A DNA stretch of 64,000 bases from NCBI GenBank assembly GCA_011364965.1, contig RDOB01000002.1:1-64000 (forward strand), read 5' to 3'. The translations under genes and the position numbers were made by a program. This DNA comes from Candidatus Heimdallarchaeota archaeon (GTDB lineage: Archaea > Asgardarchaeota > Heimdallarchaeia > Hodarchaeales > Hodarchaeaceae). Below the pieces are notes generated by a model. That model worked only from the letters and a program-made list of their open reading frames with translations. It had not been told where the DNA came from and ran no database searches. Positions 58,840 to 64,000 of this stretch are shown one piece after another. Every line of letters begins with the position of its first letter. Positions within the stretch are counted from its first letter, which is position 1.

Positions 58840-60033
58840 ATGCGTAATAATGCTACAAAATATATTATTCTCCTGTCCTTAGTTCTTAGCTATTTCACTT
58901 TTAATCCTACAAGTAGTTCCTCAAGCGCTAATATCCAGAATATTGCTTTGATTGTTGACGCTTCGGAGTTCTACGATGAAGATTTTGTACAAGATATTAT
59001 TAATGGTTTTTCAGTAGTCAATGAAACTTTTAATATTAATTTCTCAATTTTTATATTAGAAGATTACACTTTCTACAATAGATTTCCTTATAAATCCGGG
59101 TATTACTTTCGTAATCTGGTTACAAATCAAACTATATTAGCTATTGATGTCCTTGATACCAATGATTATGATCTAATTGTTTTGATGGGTTATGAGCTTC
59201 GTAGGGGTTTTGGAAGTTTAAGTAGTGGTTCACGAGTATTCTTGCCAAATCTATATCCTGACACAACTTTCTTGTTCTATGATCTAGCTGGAGAGATCCC
59301 CTCCTATTTTGGAGATAGTGCGAAATATGATAACGTTATTCTCGTAAGTTTTAGTGAAAATGAGATAGGTTTTATCGCTGGTACTCTAGCAACCGCATTC
59401 ATATCTCCATTTCCAGAAAAAATTGCTCTTGTGGGCACGTATTTTTCAGATCCTAAATCAACAGCTTTGATCGCTGGATTCCAAGCTGCGATTTTTCGTG
59501 AAATATCCGATATCGAAATTCAGATTTCTTATGTGGATAATGGTAATAATTGGTTTAATTATTCATCTGCAAGATCTCTCAGTGAAGAGCTGGAATCTGC
59601 TGATTATGGCCTGATTTTTAGTGCTGTTCCGAATAACAATACCTTGGGAATAATTGACGGCTGTTCAACAAATATACCAATAATCACAATCGATTCAAAC
59701 AGATCTGGTTTATATAGTAATGTTTATAGTATTGTAAAGAATAATACTCAAACGATTCTTTCATTATTTAATGTTCTTAACGGAACTGAGTTTACTGGTG
59801 CAATTTTCACCTATACTTTCGAAGATAACGTTTTTTATCCAGTGAATTGGGGCAATCCAGATCTACTTAATCAAACAATGACTGATTTATATCAAGATAT
59901 CGTCGTGGATAAAATTGAGATTCCTCGTACCCTGAATTATGCCCAAAACACCTCAGGATTTGAATTTCCATCAATGATAATTTTAACATTAGTATTAATT
60001 CCTTTTATCTCTGCTAAGAAGAGAAAACGATGA
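58840..60033 (+). CDS. BMP-family (nucleoside) substrate-binding protein with C-terminal anchor
   Basis: Signal peptide; FSENEIGFIAG..A, GFQAA; TSGF-TM-KKRKR tail. Confidence 0.72.
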   Translation: MRNNATKYIILLSLVLSYFTFNPTSSSSSANIQNIALIVDASEFYDEDFVQDIINGFSVVNETFNINFSIFILEDYTFYNRFPYKSGYYFRNLVTNQTILAIDVLDTNDYDLIVLMGYELRRGFGSLSSGSRVFLPNLYPDTTFLFYDLAGEIPSYFGDSAKYDNVILVSFSENEIGFIAGTLATAFISPFPEKIALVGTYFSDPKSTALIAGFQAAIFREISDIEIQISYVDNGNNWFNYSSARSLSEELESADYGLIFSAVPNNNTLGIIDGCSTNIPIITIDSNRSGLYSNVYSIVKNNTQTILSLFNVLNGTEFTGAIFTYTFEDNVFYPVNWGNPDLLNQTMTDLYQDIVVDKIEIPRTLNYAQNTSGFEFPSMIILTLVLIPFISAKKRKR

Positions 60034-60842
60034 AATTTTTGGACTCATCTTCCTCCATTGTATATGCAATAATTGGAGGATCAGGATTTTATGATTTTCT
60101 CTCCTCACCAACAAAGATCCAGGTAGAAACTCCATTTAAAAAGGAGTCAATCACCCTTTATCGCCAAACTCTCAATGAAAATGTCGTTTATTTTCTCCCC
60201 CGTCATGGATTAAACCATTCTATTCCGCCTCATATGATAAATTATAAAGCAAATCTTTTCGCTCTTCATAAATTGAACGTTTCCCGAATTATCGCTACCT
60301 GTGCAGTTGGAAGTCTTAAACATGATCTTTCTCCTGGAAATTTAGTAGTTCTTGATCAGTTTATAGATTTCGTAAGACCCCTTACTTATTTCGATGGGAA
60401 GTTCTCATTGAGATTTCCTTCTGGGTCTACTGTTTCAGGAGTTACACATTTAGATATGACAGAACCTTATTGTCCAGAAATTCGTCAAACCATAATTTCT
60501 GTTCTTGGTGAATCACCAATAGTTACATCAGGAACATATTTTACCTGTAGTGGGCCTCGATTTGAAACTTTAGCAGAAATTAAGGCTTTACAACTCTTAG
60601 GTGCTGATGTTGTTGGAATGACAAATTCATCTGAAGCAATATTAGCTCGGGAACTTGGGATATGTTATGGAGTCATCGCTGTTGTAACAAATTACGCGGC
60701 TGGTTTACAAGAAACTGTAAGCCAAGAAGAAGTGATTGAGATATTTAAACATCATTTAGGTAACTTAAAAGCTAAGATTCCAGAAATATTTACTCATTTG
60801 CCCCATTCAAGGCGCTGTGGTTGTTCTAATCATACAAAATAG
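60030..60842 (+). CDS. mtnP: 5'-methylthioadenosine/purine nucleoside phosphorylase
   Basis: IIGGSG, PRHG..H..PPH..NY.AN, GPRFET, VVGMT, ARELG, VTNYA; overlaps the BMP stop (ATGA). Confidence 0.9.
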   Translation: MKFLDSSSSIVYAIIGGSGFYDFLSSPTKIQVETPFKKESITLYRQTLNENVVYFLPRHGLNHSIPPHMINYKANLFALHKLNVSRIIATCAVGSLKHDLSPGNLVVLDQFIDFVRPLTYFDGKFSLRFPSGSTVSGVTHLDMTEPYCPEIRQTIISVLGESPIVTSGTYFTCSGPRFETLAEIKALQLLGADVVGMTNSSEAILARELGICYGVIAVVTNYAAGLQETVSQEEVIEIFKHHLGNLKAKIPEIFTHLPHSRRCGCSNHTK

Positions 60843-61032
60843 AAATTAATAATCAGAGCAATCTATTGATCAATAGTATAGTGTAAAAACAGAACTCACT
60901 TAAAATCAAACAGAGAACGTCTTCAAGAAGATAGGAATGTTACATCTCTTATTCAATTATTTTGCATCTATGAAAGTAACATTCTACTGGCTATTAACTG
61001 TTATTAATTGAAACTGAAGAAGGAATGAAAAT

Positions 61033-62187
61033 ATGCGACACATTTTTAGCTCTGAATCAGTAACAGAAGGACATCCAGATAAAATGGCAGATGCGATATC
61101 TGATGCAATTCTTGATGCTATAATAGCTAAAGATCCAGACGCTCATGTAGCCTGTGAGACATATTTAACGACAGGCATGGCTTTAGTTGGTGGAGAAATT
61201 ACTACCGAGACATATGTAGATATTCAAAAAGTTGTCAGAGATAAGATTAAAGAAATTGGGTATACAGATTCAGATATGGGATTTGATTATAAATCTGTAG
61301 CTGTACTAAATGCTATTCATGAACAGAGCCCTGATATTGCACAGGGGGTTGAAAGACAGAGTATAGAAGAACAAGGGGCTGGAGATCAAGGTTTAATGTT
61401 TGGGTATGCGTGTCGGGAAACAAAAACCTTAATGCCTCTCCCGATTTCATTAGCTCATGGATTAACAATGAGACTTGCTGAAGCGAGGAAGAAAAGAGAA
61501 ATTTCATGGTTGCGACCTGATGGTAAATCACAAGTTACAGTTGAGTATTCTAATGGTACTCCTGCTCGGGTTCCAGTTATAGTAATTGCTGCTCAGCATA
61601 CCGATGAGGTAAATCATTCAGAGATTAAGGAAGAAATAATTGAGGAAGTAATCAAAAAAGTAATCCCAGAGAGATATTTGGATCATAAAACTGAATATTT
61701 TGTAAATGAAACCGGAAGGTTCGTAATTGGAGGCCCTCATGGAGATACCGGTTTAACAGGCCGAAAAATTATTGTTGACACATATGGAGGAGTTGGATCA
61801 CATGGTGGGGGATGCTTTTCAGGAAAAGATCCTTCAAAAGTAGATAGGTCTGGTTCATACGCAGCTAGATGGGCTGCCAAGAATGTGGTCGCTGCAGGTC
61901 TTGCAGATGAATGTGAATTACAAATTGCATATGCAATAGGGGTATCTAAGCCACTTAACATTAATGTGGATACAAAAAGGACAAATAAAATTCCTGAAAA
62001 GAAAATAGTGAAAATAATAAAGCAGAATTTTGATTTTAGACCTGGATTAATCATTAAGAATTTAAATTTAAAAAGACCAATCTACTCAAAAACTGCAGCT
62101 TATGGCCATTTTGGTCGAGAGGATCCAGACTTTACATGGGAAGACATTAAACCAGCCCAAAATCTAAAAGATCAGATAGCGATTTGA
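61033..62187 (+). CDS. metK: S-adenosylmethionine synthetase, bacterial/eukaryotic type
   Basis: [41 protein letters not shown]. Confidence 0.97.
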   Translation: MRHIFSSESVTEGHPDKMADAISDAILDAIIAKDPDAHVACETYLTTGMALVGGEITTETYVDIQKVVRDKIKEIGYTDSDMGFDYKSVAVLNAIHEQSPDIAQGVERQSIEEQGAGDQGLMFGYACRETKTLMPLPISLAHGLTMRLAEARKKREISWLRPDGKSQVTVEYSNGTPARVPVIVIAAQHTDEVNHSEIKEEIIEEVIKKVIPERYLDHKTEYFVNETGRFVIGGPHGDTGLTGRKIIVDTYGGVGSHGGGCFSGKDPSKVDRSGSYAARWAAKNVVAAGLADECELQIAYAIGVSKPLNINVDTKRTNKIPEKKIVKIIKQNFDFRPGLIIKNLNLKRPIYSKTAAYGHFGREDPDFTWEDIKPAQNLKDQIAI

Positions 62188-62200
62188 GGATTTTGCAAAA

Positions 62201-62237
62201 GGGGATGATTATCCCCAATCCCTCTCATATTTTTTTT
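62201..62237 (+). terminator. Hairpin plus T-tract after metK
   Basis: GGGGAT-gatt-ATCCCC followed by a run of T. Confidence 0.5.
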
Positions 62238-62370
62238 AATCTTGTCCTGTTTTAGCTCTAAGAGACTTTTTAATATTTACGAATATTTTAACCAAAAACT
62301 GATTTAGGAGAAATTAACAGAGTAACCTGAAGAAATACTTCTAGATTTATAGGAGTAAGAGGCACTAAAA

Positions 62371-64000
62371 ATGACTGAAGTACTGGTATGCCCCATTTGT
62401 AAAAAGGAACAAGAAATACCAACACATTGCAAAAAACCGATGCATATTGAGGAGATAGAGGGAATAAAGACTCTAGTTTGTTGGATGGGGCGTTCATGTG
62501 GAGTTTTAAATCTTCCCACTCATTGTAATAGACCGATGGAGATACATCTACCCAGTCTGAGAGTTGATGATTCAGAGATAGAAGAACACATGGAAAATTC
62601 TGTTATTACCCCGAATCCAGATAATTTAGATGAACTTAAAACTAAAGATCTGCGAATCGGGGGTATGACGTGTGCCAGTTGTGTAGCTACGGTAGAGAAG
62701 GGGTTGAAAGACTTACGGGGAGTTCAAGAAGTATCAGTTAATTTAATGACTGAAACTGCACATATTATCTATGATTCCAAGTTACTTTCAACAAAAAACA
62801 TCATTGAACAAGTCCAAAAAGTTGGATATTCTGCTTTAGACTTATCTGTAGAAGATCAATCTAAGCGTGAAGTAGTTCTACGGATTTCTGGTATGTCGTG
62901 TGCGAGCTGCGTTAACACAGTTGAAAAGGCCCTCAATTCAAAAAAAGGAGTTATGAATGTTACTGTTAACCTAGCAACAGAAAAGGCTCAAATCAACTAT
63001 AATTCTGCTGAAATAAAAGTTGATGAGCTAATTAAGAGTATTAAAGACGTGGGTTACGATGCAAAAGAAATTAGTCGAAGTTATAAAGTTGATGATAGAG
63101 AAAAAGAACAACGAAAGAAAGAATTTCGACTTCAGCGGATTCGATTGATCAGTGCTATTTTATTTAGTATTCCAATCCTTATATATAGTTTAGGCTATAC
63201 AATTGGTTTTAGATTTCCTTTATTGATACCAGTCGACATTCTTCCTGGAATAAATTCACGACAATTACTTGTAATGATCTTTACAATTCCCGTGATGTTT
63301 GGGTCCGGTTGGCAGTTCCATTATGGTGCAGTGAAAGTATTACGCCATAAACAATTCAATATGGATGTTTTGATATTTATAGGGACAAACGCAGCATTTT
63401 GGTATTCAATACTCACCCTCTTCATTTTTCGAGAAGGCGCAGTTTTTTTCGAAACTGCGGCATTATTAATCACATTTTTGCTCATAGGTAAGTTTTTAGA
63501 GGCTAGAGCAAAAGGACAGACCTCTCAAGCGATTAGAAAATTAATTGACTTGCAGGCTAAAGAGGCTTCCATAATTCAAAATGATAGAGAAATTAAAATA
63601 CCAATAGAAGATGTAGAAGTTGGAATGATTTTAATCATACGCCCAGGAGAGAAAATTCCAACAGATGGAATAGTTCTTGAAGGAATTTCTTCCGTTGATG
63701 AATCTATGATAACAGGAGAGTCAATGCCAGTTATGAAAGAGAAGGGTAATTCAGTAGTAGGAGCTACGATTAATAAAAATGGACTTTTGAAAATCAAAGC
63801 TACCAGAGTGGGTTCAGATACAGCATTGGCGCAAATCATTCAACTTGTTGAGAATGCTCAGGCTTCAAAGGCTCCTATACAGCGATTAGCGGATAAAGTA
63901 GCTGGGGTATTCGTTCCCAGCGTTATTATAATCTCAATCTTTACATTTTTCTTCTGGTATGTAGGCTTTACCACTGGTATGCTGCCTATAATTTTGCTAG
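62371..64000 (+). CDS. copA: Cu(I)-translocating P1B-type ATPase, 3' truncated by window (absent from ORF track)
   Basis: Read manually from ATG 62371: two GMxCASC HMA domains, [39 protein letters not shown]. Confidence 0.93.
   Translation, partial: MTEVLVCPICKKEQEIPTHCKKPMHIEEIEGIKTLVCWMGRSCGVLNLPTHCNRPMEIHLPSLRVDDSEIEEHMENSVITPNPDNLDELKTKDLRIGGMTCASCVATVEKGLKDLRGVQEVSVNLMTETAHIIYDSKLLSTKNIIEQVQKVGYSALDLSVEDQSKREVVLRISGMSCASCVNTVEKALNSKKGVMNVTVNLATEKAQINYNSAEIKVDELIKSIKDVGYDAKEISRSYKVDDREKEQRKKEFRLQRIRLISAILFSIPILIYSLGYTIGFRFPLLIPVDILPGINSRQLLVMIFTIPVMFGSGWQFHYGAVKVLRHKQFNMDVLIFIGTNAAFWYSILTLFIFREGAVFFETAALLITFLLIGKFLEARAKGQTSQAIRKLIDLQAKEASIIQNDREIKIPIEDVEVGMILIIRPGEKIPTDGIVLEGISSVDESMITGESMPVMKEKGNSVVGATINKNGLLKIKATRVGSDTALAQIIQLVENAQASKAPIQRLADKVAGVFVPSVIIISIFTFFFWYVGFTTGMLPIILL

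Noticed and set aside
306-62054. Numerous 60-110 aa ORFs nested in or antisense to assigned genes
   Set aside because: Overlap well-supported CDSs and show no motifs
62288-63839. Short minus-strand ORFs (62288-62497, 62304-62519, 63576-63839)
   Set aside because: Antisense shadows of the copA frame that runs off the window end
1-64000. CRISPR arrays, tRNA/rRNA genes, IS elements, proviral genes
   Set aside because: No regularly spaced repeats, cloverleaf-like GC-rich segments, transposase, integrase or capsid motifs seen by eye; a tRNAscan/Infernal run would be needed to exclude small RNAs

Overview
AT-rich, gene-dense chromosomal window from an archaeon, most likely an Asgard archaeon (inference). 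Support: a profilin, a Rab-like small GTPase, a Roadblock-like protein, TFB, DGGGP synthase, A/V-ATPase subunits, GGTGA ribosome-binding sites and a eukaryote-like enolase. Bacterial-type MetK and PfkA would fit Heimdallarchaeia/Hodarchaeales. Most of the window is core metabolism: beta-oxidation (thiolase, acyl-CoA dehydrogenase, EtfBA, FadF-like Fe-S oxidoreductase), enolase, PEP synthase, PPi-PFK, a Mo-hydroxylase operon, a 2-oxoacid:ferredoxin oxidoreductase, an ether-lipid/inositol operon, MTAP-MetK and CopA. The best candidate for an undescribed system is at 40.5-45.4 kb. It has two divergently transcribed Zn-less TGT/DpdA-like transglycosylase paralogues, a small YaaA/DUF6884-like (DpdC-like) protein, and a tandem beta-class DNA methyltransferase whose N-copy is catalytically dead but keeps the target-recognition insert while the C-copy is active but lacks it. 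Other unusual items: a BpsA-SAM decarboxylase fusion inside a lipid operon; a Cys-less group-4 hydrogenase large-subunit relic paired with a one-cluster membrane ferredoxin, divergent from the A/V-ATPase membrane genes; an FKBP-TM-zinc-finger protein; a His-less PEP swivel domain; and a CopA with an unfamiliar tandem Cys/His N-terminal repeat. No rRNA, tRNA, CRISPR array, integrase or transposase was seen. All assignments come from motifs read by eye; no database searches were run.
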